Numbered from the whole stretch's first letter, positions 48,620 to 60,274 are shown. The stretch is 63,081 nucleotides of DNA, filler included, from Octopus bimaculoides (GCF_001194135.2; 4 parts of 4 records of this genome joined end to end with filler, not necessarily neighbours in it); one strand, 5' to 3'. Translations and numbers: made by a program. The notes: generated from the letters alone by a model not told the origin.

Positions 48620-49520
48620 TTGTCCGCCTGTCACTATTGTTGGANNNNNNNNNNTTTTTTTTTTTTTTTTTGGTTAGTACAACTTTTATTATTGTTGGAT
48701 TTTTATTGTTGAACTTGCTGTTATCGTGTTTTTGAGACACTTTGTTTTACTGCCTTGAGAAAAAAGTAACTAATTTTGCGGCGGTAACCGGTGTAACGAA
48801 AGAAGAATTAACAATTGAAAAAAATGAATTAGACAGATACAATGGATTGTTACAAAAGGAGGGGGACGAAATTAAGTTGACTCCTCTCAGTGAAATAACT
48901 CACAACACAGTAAGGAAAACAATAATTTTAAAAACATTTTCATTAAAAAGCAAAAAACTGGACATGGTAACAAAAGACCAAGCAGAGAAGTGTCTGAGGC
49001 CTATCTGGCAAGATATACAATATTGTATATCTTGCCAAAGGCAAAAGATTCGCAACAATGGAGGTGCGGTTCAAGACCGAGGAAAGAGCCAGGCAACATT
49101 CGATGGCCTCTCTCAAGACAAATGAGGTAGTTTTCCTACCAACATACTTTGATAAGCGTACTTCCAAGGAAAAGGTAGGAGAAATTCCACCTGAGGTCGA
49201 CGTTGCCTGGCTTGTGGCCGCTATCATTTTAGGATCGGAGGAAAAGATAACAATCATCCAAGCAATGAAAATCAAACAACAAAACTGGCAGAGGTAGGGT
49301 TTAGAAATGCTAATTGAAGCTGCCCCAGAAGACCTCGAAGAAGTTGCCGACACCATACTGGTAGGTGAGGATACAAAGTTGAGAGTCATGGTGGAGGGCA
49401 GAAAGCCGCGCTGCTTTAAGTGTGGCCTGAAAGATCATATAAGAGCAGAGTGTCTTCCACCTAAAACTGCAGAGCCCCTACCAGTCGTGAAAGTAGCCGC
49501 ACCTCCACTGCCTACGATGA
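48620..49520 (+). mobile_element. Tx1-like copy B: 5' UTR and ORF1 with CCHC zinc knuckle
   Basis: RKTIILKTF...IWQDI...KGKRFATMEVRF...FLPTYF...RVMVEGRKPRCFKCGLKDHIRAEC. Confidence 0.8.
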
Positions 49521-49539
49521 CGTATCATTGTTACGTGTA

Positions 49540-50430
49540 TCTGCACATCTTGTTCCTGAAACAGTTTGTTTTGATTTGCTTTAAACAATGTTTTGCCTGA
49601 TCTGTCTTTTTTTATTGTCATAGCTTTCCGGTTTTGGCTTTGATTGCTACTACTCTTTCTTTCAATTCTTCTAATATCACATCATACTCTTTATCTCTTA
49701 TTCTATATGTTCTTTCCGGCATTATTCTTATGATTTCGTTCTGCATTTCCCCTCTTTTTAATCTCTCAACTTGTCCTAAATGTCTTTTTAACTTTGTTTC
49801 TCACAAATTCGTCAGTATGGTTCTTTACGTTCTGTTTGTTCTCTTCTATTGTATCCAACTCTATCTACAGCAACCATAGCTGCAGCCCAGATAGTCTTGT
49901 TAGTTTCAGTTATATTTCCCGCCTGGAATAGCCCAAGAACCGGATCTATCTTTTCGGTTTGAACTTTGAGCTTGCGTCGATCAATGTACCTCAGATTGAG
50001 GAGTGGGGTCTTCTCTAATATATCGGCACAGCGTCTCCACTATGTTTTGTTGGTCATTATCTTATTTTTGTGATATAGCTCTTACTATTACTTCTGCTTC
50101 ATTTGCTGAGAATGCATTTACATTTCCACTTTGCTCTACGTCTTCACAGTCGCTTTTCATTTTTCTCTTCTCACTGGGCATGTTATCTGTTGGTGAAGTA
50201 TTATTTCTCTCATCTATTTCCATGTCTGTTGATCACCCTTTCGCTCTTATTGCTCTTGACTGGTCGGCTAACCATTGCTCACTTGTTTCGAAGAGTCCTA
50301 TATCATTCAATTTCGTTTGCATTCGTTATCGGAATCCCCTTGTGCCGGGTTCACTTTTAATCCAATATTCCATTACCGTTCGGTTTGCCTCCTTATTCCA
50401 CCTTCTTCTCTACCTCTGACTTTGCGTACA
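49540..50430 (-). mobile_element. R4/Dong N-terminal coding fragment inserted antisense into Tx1 copy B
   Basis: RRRWNKEANRTVMEYWIKSEPGTRGFR*RM...EQWLADQSRAI...LRYIDRRKLK...NITETNKTIWAAA...LEELKERVVAIKAK. Confidence 0.75.
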
Positions 50431-50870
50431 AGCAGTCTCTGAATGACGACAGGGTACCTGCCGGGAGAAAGGCTTTCACCTTTGGTTCCAGCCTCATTAA
50501 CACCGCATGAAAGGAGTAGTGACAGGCGTCTACATCTCCAGCCTTGCTTTGGTAAAGTTTTTTGGTTTCCACCTTAAAAGGATAATAATACTGGAGAGGA
50601 GATGCTTGCCACTTAGTATATATGAAAAAAGATGGAACAAAGTAGCAAGCATGTTGAGAGTGGATGTGCCTGCTTAAGGGAGAACAAAAAGAATCATAAT
50701 GGGTTCAGTGGTGGAACGTGGTTTGTGGGGACACACCCATCCCTTCGTTATCATCCATTACATTTTATATTACCATCAATTTTTAACTTCGTTTATTATT
50801 CGTTTGCGAATCTCCCCGACCCCTTGTCTGTATCTTCTTTGTATAACCTTTAATGGTGAAATAAAAATCT
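50430..50870 (+). mobile_element. Tx1-like 3' end (ORF2 C-terminus plus 3' UTR), closely similar to 48236-48610
   Basis: gcatgaaaggagtagtgacagg...ccttaaaagg...ggagaggagatgct...tgttgagagtggatg...gggttcagtggtggaacgtg...ataaaaatc. Confidence 0.85.
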
Positions 50871-50879
50871 ATTCGCAAT

Positions 50880-51971
50880 TTGAACTTTTTTGTGTTGGTT
50901 CTGGTGTTATTTCTACTACTGAGTTAAGTACCTGTTTTATATTGTTTGTTGTAGGTTTTCCTTTTTGGAATGGCTTGTTGTTGTCAAATTTGTTTCAGTA
51001 TTATTTGACGCACAGCCTGCTACCGCAGGCTTGTGTTCATTTACCGTCCCCGCCCCTGTTTAGGGGAGTTGTTTTTTCTATGCCAGAGCCGTGCAGCATG
51101 GAGATTGAAAACTTCCCATGCGAATCGGAAGACCACGTCGTGGAGCAGTCGCCTGAACAGGCTCGAATTAGCAATATTGGAGGCAGCTACCCGTCCATGG
51201 CCAAAGGTGGCAGTTATGTTTCCATAGCCGAAGTCACCAGCGAGGGAGTGCAGGGCAGTCTAGAAAAGCTCGAAGACTATAAGGACTTAATCCAGATGGA
51301 GGGGCCGAACTTAAGATTGACCCCATGAGAGAAAGTTTTGGATAGCATGAAGAAGAAAACGATCATCTATAGAGCACTATCAACGGCAATACAAAAGGCA
51401 GAGATGGCATCCAAGGTTGCCATCGAAAAATTTTTTCGCCAAATATGGAATGAAACAAAGTTCATCAACAGAGGAAAACGTTTCGGTACGGTAGAGGTGA
51501 GATTTGCGTCCGAAAAGGAAGCACTAAAACACTCGACCACACCTCTAAAGTCGGCAGTAGCACCGGCTCTGCCGACTTACCTCGGTAGACGGACCTCCAA
51601 AATTAGAATTGAGGCGGTCTCACTAGAGATAAAGGAGGTGTGGCTGATAGCAGCCATAATGTTAAACATGAAAGAAGTACACATAGGCGCAGGAGTGGCT
51701 GTGTGCTAAGTAGCTTACCAAAGTATGTTGGTAGGAAAACTACATCATTTGTCTTGAGAGAGGCCATCGAATGTTGCCTGGCTCTTTCCTCGGTCTTGAA
51801 CAGCACCTCCATTTAAAAAATGACCGGGTCCAGATACCCGGTGATACTTGAGGGTCGCCTCCCCCCCCCCAAGTGTCACCTATGTCTGGAGCCAGGCCAT
51901 ATCAGGATAAATTTCCCCCGGGGCCATGAATATGCCCAGGAGCAGGGTAAGAAAGAAGTGTCTGTTCCCCC
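50880..51971 (+). mobile_element. Tx1-like copy C: 5' UTR and ORF1 (divergent subfamily)
   Basis: KKKTIIYRAL...QIWNETKFINRGKRFGTVEVRF...LPTYLGRRTSKIRI...PVILEGRLPPPKCHLCLEPGHIR. Confidence 0.78.
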
Positions 51972-52481
51972 NNNNNNNNNNNNNNNNNNNNNNNNNNNNN
52001 NNNNNNNNNNNNNNNNNNNNNNNNNNNNNNNNNNNNNNNNNNNNNNNNNNNNNNNNNNNNNNNNNNNNNNNNNNNNNNNNNNNNNNNNNNNNNNNNNNNN
52101 NNNNNNNNNNNNNNNNNNNNNNNNNNNNNNNNNNNNNNNNNNNNNNNNNNNNNNNNNNNNNNNNNNNNNNNNNNNNNNNNNNNNNNNNNNNNNNNNNNNN
52201 NNNNNNNNNNNNNNNNNNNNNNNNNNNNNNNNNNNNNNNNNNNNNNNNNNNNNNNNNNNNNNNNNNNNNNNNNNNNNNNNNNNNNNNNNNNNNNNNNNNN
52301 NNNNNNNNNNNNNNNNNNNNNNNNNNNNNNNNNNNNNNNNNNNNNNNNNNNNNNNNNNNNNNNNNNNNNNNNNNNNNNNNNNNNNNNNNNNNNNNNNNNN
52401 NNNNNNNNNNNNNNNNNNNNNNNNNNNNNNNNNNNNNNNNNNNNNNNNNNNNNNNNNNNNNNNNNNNNNNNNNNNNNNNNN

Positions 52482-52800
52482 CAAGCCTAACAATAGACAA
52501 TTGTTTGTCAGGGGCAGCATATCTGCTTGCGGAGGGGTGGAGTGATGAAAATTGTGAATTTTTAATATATTGAAATTTTGTAAAAATTGATAGTGTAAGA
52601 TGTTTGCAACCTCATAAGTGTTCTTTAAAGGAAAAAAAGAACAATATTTTCGAGGGGTTATCAGTCGGCGAGCACCGGTGCCTCTCTCTCATTATTTGTT
52701 TCATCCCTATCACCCTCATCTCATTAAAGTCCATGTCCAGCCCGCAGTTACTTTATGTCTGTCTGTCTTTGTTTGTCCCCTCTATGTAACGCCGGGGTAA
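52482..52800 (+). mobile_element. Probable LINE 3' end (copy C?)
   Basis: Sits after the gap and before the next 5' UTR. Ends ttgtcccctctatgtaac, like the Tx1 3' UTR gtcccctctttgtataac. Confidence 0.4.
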
Positions 52801-53690
52801 ATCGTTTTTGTTGTTTAGCTGGGCAATAGTTTGTTGCTCTTTATTTATTTTCAGTAAATTGTTGTCCAGCTCTGTGACATTTTCGCTTGCCTCTGGCGAG
52901 TTTTTATGTGTGTTCGTTGTAGCGAACAAAATTGTGTTTGCCGTCTGTTGTGGGCGTTTTCGCTTCACTACAGCGGTGAAGATTTTTGTTTGGCGTTTTT
53001 CGCCGAAAATTCTTTAAGTGGAGTACCTATTTGGAGTACCTTGCTGAAGAACTGAACCAGGACCATTTGGACTATCTAACGTCTATTCTGTCTCTTCTTT
53101 TTGTTTAGTTTTTTCTTCTATCTTTCTTCTTATTTTTGTGAACTGTGTTTCTTTTTTCCAGAACTGTTTTGTGAATTTATTTTGAACTCTGATTTTGAAC
53201 TATTCACGGACATGGCATGCAAAAATAAAGACACTGTATTGGAGTGGGAATTGTGACCACCCAAGCAGTGGTTGAAAGAACTGGAGGAAAGAACAGTGAC
53301 GCCCCGAACCTATTCAAATGTGTTGGATAGCGTCATTGTCTTTCCTCGAAACACCATCGAAAAAGAACTAAAGGGTTGTAATACAACCATTAAATATATC
53401 TCAAGGGGAGTCAAATATGCAACTGTGTGGCTGCTTTTTTGACTCCCCGAGTGAAGCTCGCAAATTTGCGAGCAAGCCCATTGAGGGCCAAGAAATATTG
53501 TTTTTGCTCACATATTGTGGGCAAAAAATAACGAAGGATTGGGTCTGCGGTTTGCAGCCAGGAATAGAGCCCGAGTGGATAGAGGATTCTATNNNNNNNN
53601 NNACAAGATTGGCCAATGGTAAAGAAGGGGAAAAAAGAAAAAAAGGACGGCAGTAGGTAGTGTGCTGCCGGCACAGATTGAGACTCCTTT
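52800..53690 (+). mobile_element. Tx1-like copy D: 5' UTR and decayed ORF1
   Basis: FDSPSEARKFASKPIEGQEILFLLTYCGQKITK...GIEPEWI aligns by eye with the ORF1 segments of copies B and C. Confidence 0.55.
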
Positions 53691-53699
53691 AGTGGGAAT

Positions 53700-54965
53700 A
53701 GTCTTATTTTTATAACGTGCTTTCACTGCACTACCGAACGCACCTCTATATGCCTTGGGTATGTGCTGTGATTTGTTGTGATGGTCTTATTTTTCCTGTA
53801 TTGAAAGTGTTTTATGTAAGATGTGTGCCTATATTCTGTATGCTATATATACTTGTTAATCCTGATGGTTTTGCTATGTATATGTCTGAATATTTTTGTA
53901 TCAAGCCTAATGTGCATACTATCATATGAATTGTTTCTGTTTTACCTCTATTTCCAGATTTTTGTATTTTGAAAGTTTTTCCGTTTTTTTAAAGAGAAAT
54001 AGTGTCATCTGTTGGTATTGATACATCGATTAGAAAGCATTTTTTCTTGGTGATCTCTAACAACTATATCTGGCCTATTGGCCTTAATTTCTCTATGTGT
54101 GTGTATTGGCATATCCCAGAATATGGTTGCTTTCTCATTTTCTGTAACCTTTCTGGTGTGTGCCTATATCATTTTTTTTCTGTTGTTATTCCATAGTGTT
54201 GTCATAGCTTCCAGTGTATATAGGTCCCAATGCTGTTGTGTCTGTGAATGTATTCTTTCTTAACCAGGACTGGACAGTCAGAGACTATATGATTTATTGT
54301 TTCTTTTACCTTCGCTGTTTCTAGGTTTTAGATTTGTTTCGTATTCCCTCCCGTTCATATTTTGTCTGTGGTGTTCTGGTTTGGTGCATTTTGCTCATCA
54401 TTATACATTCCTTCGGACTGGGTTTGTTGTCTTTCGTTGTTTACTTCGTTTTGCTGGACATGTTACATCTGTTTTCGTATTTTGGAATTATTTGGAATTG
54501 CTGTGTGGTTACTATCTACGTTTTCCTGGTGTATTTTTTCCTTTAAAGTGTTTTATCTCTATTTCTGATATATATATATATTTTTGTTTTGAGAATATAT
54601 CTCTGTATGTTAGCTAGTTTATTAGGGTTCATTGCTATATCCAAATCTTTATCTAGGTTATTTTTCTTCCAGATTTTATATGCATATGTTGTGTTTTCAT
54701 TCTGTGGGTAGAGCACTGCTGTAAAATAAGCGTGCAAGACGGAAATATATTCCTCACGTGTACATTTATGCTTTTTTGATTTTATTTGCGGGACATGAGG
54801 AATAACGTCCAGCCCTTTATTTTGATAGTCATCATTTTCGTAGGATACCGATCCGTTCATTTCTGTTGTCAAATTGTTTTGCACGTGTAGTTTTTCGTAC
54901 TTTTTATGTACAAATCTAAAGTACGTACTTCCCGTTTGTTATCCTTGGGTTGAATAATACGGGTA
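53700..54965 (-). mobile_element. Internally deleted R4/Dong element retaining both ends
   Basis: 5' ORF KHKCTREEYISVLHAYFTAVLYP...YKIWK is fused near 54310 to ETINHIVSDCPVL...HRHN...ANRPDIVVRD...LIDVSIPTDD. The 3' UTR is the reverse complement of 43450-43540. TTA-rich 5' flank. Confidence 0.85.
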
Positions 54966-54997
54966 TTATTTAATTTATTTTTAATTTATTATTATTA

Positions 54998-55585
54998 TTG
55001 GTCAAAGTAAATGGCCACCTCTCGGAATCGTTTAGTATCGCATGTTCGGTCCGTCAAGGATGCCCATTCTCACCCCTTTTCTACGTGCTGGCACTCGAGC
55101 CATTACTGCGGAAGCTGGAGGTTTTGAGGGGCTTCCCGCGTAAACTGAGATGCGGAAGGTTCAAGTCGGGACGAGGTGGCGAATGCGTACATCGTATCCG
55201 TCATATATTAACGCCTGACTGTCGTCCCTTGCCCCGCTTTGTGACTGAACGGGCTGGTGCGTTTGCTCTTCCGCTTCCTGTACAAGGGACAGGTACCGCT
55301 TGTCAGACAGTCCATTTGCTGTCAGCACCTGTTGCGTGGAGGACTGTGGCCGGTTTAGTCGCCAACGGCCCAACATCTGAAAAAAAAGGTGAAGTAGTTT
55401 ACTAGTTAAGTTGATTATCATTATCATTATGTTAGAGGATATTAGCATTTGTTATAAGTTACTGGTAAAAAGCAGGCAGGCTGGGGGCGAGTTTCAGGCA
55501 AGCTAGTCTAAATCTGTTTGACTGGCTAGTCACACACCGTGTTTAATTGGTCTAGTTGTGGAAGAGATTCGAGGAAGAACTGGAG
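54998..55585 (+). mobile_element. Tx1 RT fragment
   Basis: VKVNGHLSESFSIACSVRQGCPFSPLFYVLALEPLLRKLE, near-identical in motif to copy A. Confidence 0.85.
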
Positions 55586-55650
55586 CAGTCTGGGTATTAT
55601 TATTATTATCATTATTATCATTATTATCATTATTATTATTATCATTATTA

Positions 55651-55700
<50 letters not shown>

Positions 55701-56415
55701 GAGTGCATGCCATCAAAGTGACGCTGGGGTAAAATGTACAAAGTCCAGTATACCCATCATAACTACCCGTCAGTATTTTATTCACCTTAAGGGTCCACCC
55801 TCGGAGCAACTTTCTATCTACTCTTCTGAGTCCATTTATTTCTATATCCATGTTTTCCTCAATGATACTAGTAATGTCTTCGAGTATTCCTTTGTCTTCA
55901 TTATTTAGTCTTTCTCCTATACTCAAGGCTTAAGACATTATCCCTCTTCCAGGTACTCGCATTAAGTGCAGCATCGTCAAAATTCTCTTATCTACTTCTG
56001 CATCGCTCCCCGTGTTTTCGATCATCCCACTCAACCATATGTGTGCGACATAGTGATCTCATATCAAAATAAACAGCGCATGAGCTTGCAGGTGGGGCCC
56101 AGTTAGAATTTTCTTCAGATTGAGGAGCCCATCCCACTCAAAATGTCCCTGAATAAGGGTTGTTGAAGGATGTTGAACGAAATACCCATGTTTCTAGAGG
56201 TGAATTATTCAAACTCCAAAGCACTCCTCTCAACACATAGCTATGAAGTTCCCTACAGCCTACAGAGATGCACTTATCATCAATCACCAAGGGACATGCT
56301 CAACTGGTTATGGTCAAACAACTTACAAGCTTATTCGTGGTATTGAGCAGAATATTTATTGTAGCCCTTCTTTTATACCAAGACAAAACATATATGTGGT
56401 AACACTTCCAATGGA
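55586..56415 (-). mobile_element. Family X repeat with (ATT)n tail, interrupted by an R4/Dong fragment (55772-56030)
   Basis: 55701-55771 and 56031-56330 are reverse-complement matches to 12218-12560. The insert encodes NGLRRVDRKLLRGWTLKVNKIL (R4 N-terminal region). Confidence 0.7.
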
Positions 56416-56429
56416 AAGAAAAACCACTT

Positions 56430-58560
56430 CCAATTTATAGTTCCTTGTAGGTAGGCATTGATCTTGGGCTGCTATGATAAACCCTTCTGTTTCTGAGAGG
56501 TTTTTCTTGCCATTTATCAGTGAGAATATTTAAGGCAGCAGTTTTAGCAAGAGTTTTCATACGCTTAGCTTTGTTCTGTGCTTGTTTCTAGTAGTCTAAT
56601 TCTAGAATTTGTATTTGGAATTCACTTAGATATTCCTTTGCCTGTTTTGTTACTGAGTAAGATGCTTTCTTGTTTTCATGCTTTAAGACAAGTTTTAACA
56701 TCCATTCATCAGAGATTTTCAGGTAGATGTTTAGGCCAATTGTGGCTATCTTCATTGTTAATTCCAGTAGTAAAAGTCCACGGCCACCCTCTTTTCTTTG
56801 CAGGTAAAGTCGTTCTATATCTGCCTTAGGATGGTTCATTCTATGCATTGTCAACAATTTTCGTATTTCTCTGTCAAGGTTACATATTTCAGTAATTGAC
56901 CGGTTAATGATATTGAAACTGTAAGTCACGACTGGTATGGCTAAAAATATTAATCACTTTGATCCTGTTTCTTGCATTCAGCTCTGTCTTGAAGACTGCC
57001 GTTACCCTGCGATAACATTCTCTTCTGATCACTGAATGCTTGATTCCGTCCCCTCCAAATACCCCTAGGTATTTGTAGCTCTCCGCTGGTTCTAACTCTT
57101 TTATGACATTCTGTTGGTCAAGATTAACACTGGATGTTTCTGTCATTTTTCCTTTGATAAAGGTAGCTTTTGCACATTTATCGAGGCCAAATTGCATCCT
57201 GATGTCATCACTGAATTGTTTAACAATCGCTAGTAAGCTTTAAATCATCCATATAAATGAGATGATTTATATTTTTATCAAACATTTTAGAGCAGTTTCG
57301 AGAGAGGTAGACAAAAGAGGCGTGGTTATAGAGTCACCCTGGAAAATGCGACATGAAATTCTTACATCTCCAGCATTGAAAGATTCATTGTCACTGTTCA
57401 AAGTCAATGTGGTTCTCCATGATCTCATACTTATAGACAAGAGGTTTCGCAGAGTAGGTGCTATTTTATACATTTCCAGACATTTCTTTTGATAGCCTAT
57501 GTGATAGGCTATCAAAAGCTTTTTTATAGTCTACCCATGCTATCGATAAGTTTGTGTGTCGTTTGTGACAATCTTCCAAGATCATCTTATTAAGCAGCTG
57601 ATCTTTACAACCATAGGACCTACATTTACATCCTTTTTGCTCATTAGGGAATATGTCATTTTCTATTAAAAGACTATAGGTATATTCAGTCAAGACATAC
57701 GTTAGCATTTTATAAATTTTTGTTAACCAGGTTATGGTCTATAATTTTTTTGGTTCATTTATTTCTTCATTTTTTGGAAGTAGGAATGTTACACCATTAA
57801 CTAGCCAAGAGGAAATCATACTAGGTTGCTGCAATGGCTCTCCGGGAAGGCATTCAACCAGAAGTTAGGAATTTTATCCTTTCCAGGAGACTTCCATTTG
57901 CTTGACTTCCTGAGAGCGGATCTTACATTCTCTACTTTGATACCCTCCCACTTTTAAGTATGTAGATATTCTGTTTATCCAAGGGGTGTTTTCATTGTTT
58001 GTTTTCTTATGCCCAAATTTTATTCCAAAATTCCTGCACTGCTTCTTTTGATGGGACAGATTTTACTGTAACTGGTATTTTCCTTATCTTCCTGTAAATT
58101 TTTTGGGGGTTAATTTTGAACATGTCCTTGAAGAATCTAACGCGCTTTTCATACCTTGCTATGTGGGTAGCTTTAGCACATACCTTTTCCTTGATAGTTT
58201 CTACGGTAGTATCGATGTCAAACATGGTTTTCATATATTTTTCTTTAATTTTCGGATTTTTGTTGGATTGATAATCATGCCAAACTAATGGTCTTTTAAA
58301 CATTCTATGTCAGACCTAAGTAGCAGCTTAATTTGGTGTTGAATACGTTCTTGCCAACTAGCCTTTTTGTAGGAATGTTGTCGTTTTCTAATCTTTTCAC
58401 CACATAGAATCGTTGAGATTTTCGTGGATGCATAGTACAGGTGGTTGAGATTTGTAATATCACATCATTAAGTGCAAGGCTGATTTTACCAATTACTTCC
58501 AGGTTTTGGTTGGAATTGCGAAATTTTAGGAATGTCGCGTTCATTCATATTGTTTTTTTT
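56430..58560 (-). mobile_element. Decayed R4/Dong ORF (pre-RT, RT and thumb), 3'-truncated
   Basis: PKNYRP, EQKGC...GCKDQL, AWVDYKKAFDSLSH, IFQGDS, HLIYMDDLK, QFGLDKCA, YKYLGV, LYLQRKEGGRGL, ETEGFIIAAQDQCLPTRNY. Confidence 0.92.
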
Positions 58561-59904
58561 TTGTTTTTTTTCAGCCATTCAATCATGATCTGATTTTTTA
58601 GATTATGCAGTTCTGTTAGGTCAATTTTTGTGTGACTTATTTATCTACTTCATTTTCATTTGTCTTATTGTTGATTCNNNNNNNNNNNNNNNNNNNNNNN
58701 NNNNNNNNNNNNNNNNNNNNNNNNNNNNNNNNNNNNNNNNNNNNNNNNNNNNNNNNNNNNNNNNNNNNNNNNNNNNNTATATATATATATATATATATAG
58801 TGTATGTGTGTGCATATATACATATGTATAATTATACATATATGCATGTATATATATATATCTGTATATCTATCTATCTACACACATATATTTGTATATA
58901 TATACACATGTATATAAATATATACACACACACATACACACACATATGCACATAAACATGTAGATAGATAGATAGATAGATAGATACAAATGGACATAGA
59001 GGTAGATATACAGATATGTGTGTCCCTGAGTGAGCATGTTGCATGCGTGTGTGTATATGCATATTTATATATCGATCGAAGGGACTGACTTATTGATTTC
59101 TAATAACACACTGAACGGAGATCGATCGATACTGCAATTAACCTGTTGTGCGACCAGTGTCCCATGGCTGACCAACTCAAAAGAACTTTACATATTTCTC
59201 CTTCTTTTCTTTCACCCGCCTTGCCATTTTTTGACAATAAACGTGTGCCTTCCATANNNNNNNNNNNNNNNNNNNNNNNNNNNNNNNNNNNNNNNNNNNN
59301 NNNNNNNNNNNNNNNNNNNNNNNNNNNNNNNNNNNNNNNNNNNNNNNNNNNNNNNNNNNNNNNNNNNNNNNNNNNNNNNNNNNNNNNNNNNNNNNNNNNN
59401 NNNNNNNNNNNNNNNNNNNNNNNNNNNNNNNNNNNNNNNNNNNNNNNNNNNNNNNNNNNNNNNNNNNNNNNNNNNNNNNNNNNNNNNNNNNNNNNNNNNN
59501 NNNNNNNNNNNNNNNNNNNNNNNNNNNNNNNNNNNNNNNNNNNNNNNNNNNNNNNNNNNNNNNNNNNNNNNNNNNNNNNNNNNNNNNNNNNNNNNNNNNN
59601 NNNNNNNNNNNNNNNNNNNNNNNNNNNNNNNNNNNNNNNNNNNNNNNNNNNNNNNNNNNNNNNNNNNNNNNNNNNNNNNNNNNNNNNNNNNNNNNNNNNN
59701 NNNNNNNNNNNNNNNNNNNNNNNNNNNNNNNNNNNNNNNNNNNNNNNNNNNNNNNNNNNNNNNNNNNNNNNNNNNNNNNNNNNNNNNNNNNNNNNNNNNN
59801 NNNNNNNNNNNNNNNNNNNNNNNNNNNNNNNNNNNNNNNNNNNNNNNNNNNNNNNNNNNNNNNNNNNNNNNNNNNNNNNNNNNNNNNNNNNNNNNNNNNN
59901 NNNN

Positions 59905-60190
59905 AATACGGAGACAAGGAGAAAAACACGGAGAAAAAAAATTGAATAGTGTCCAGTCAACGGTCAATCATAATAATGGCTGATCATAACAATGGCTGAT
60001 CGGAAGTTAGAAATTCTTTTTTCAGGAGAGCTAAGAAAAGGGGGAGATAACAAACGGTGATCGAAGAACGAGGGACTGTGTGTGGGAGATAGAATGCTGG
60101 TGATCTTGACGTATGTAGTGTGAAAATGGGGAAGGGAGAAAGCACTTGGTCAGTTGTAGTGTGATGCGAGGGTATTGGTGTGGTATGTAT
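59905..60190 (-). mobile_element. Repeat related to the 22240-22600 pseudo-LTR-like sequence
   Basis: Shared ggggagataacaaa and tgctggtgatcttgacg. Confidence 0.45.
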
Positions 60191-60240
60191 ATGCATGTAT
60201 GTATGTAGATAGACAGATAGATAGGTAGATAGATAGATAC

Positions 60241-60274
<34 letters not shown>

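Noticed and set aside
44560-58560. Uni-strand (flamenco-like) piRNA cluster
   Set aside because: TE fragments lie on both strands, and sequence alone cannot show piRNA production.
59030-59256. Possible GAIN/GPS exon for the GPCR
   Set aside because: No CxCxHLT or CxFW motif in any frame examined, and it lies across an artificial join.
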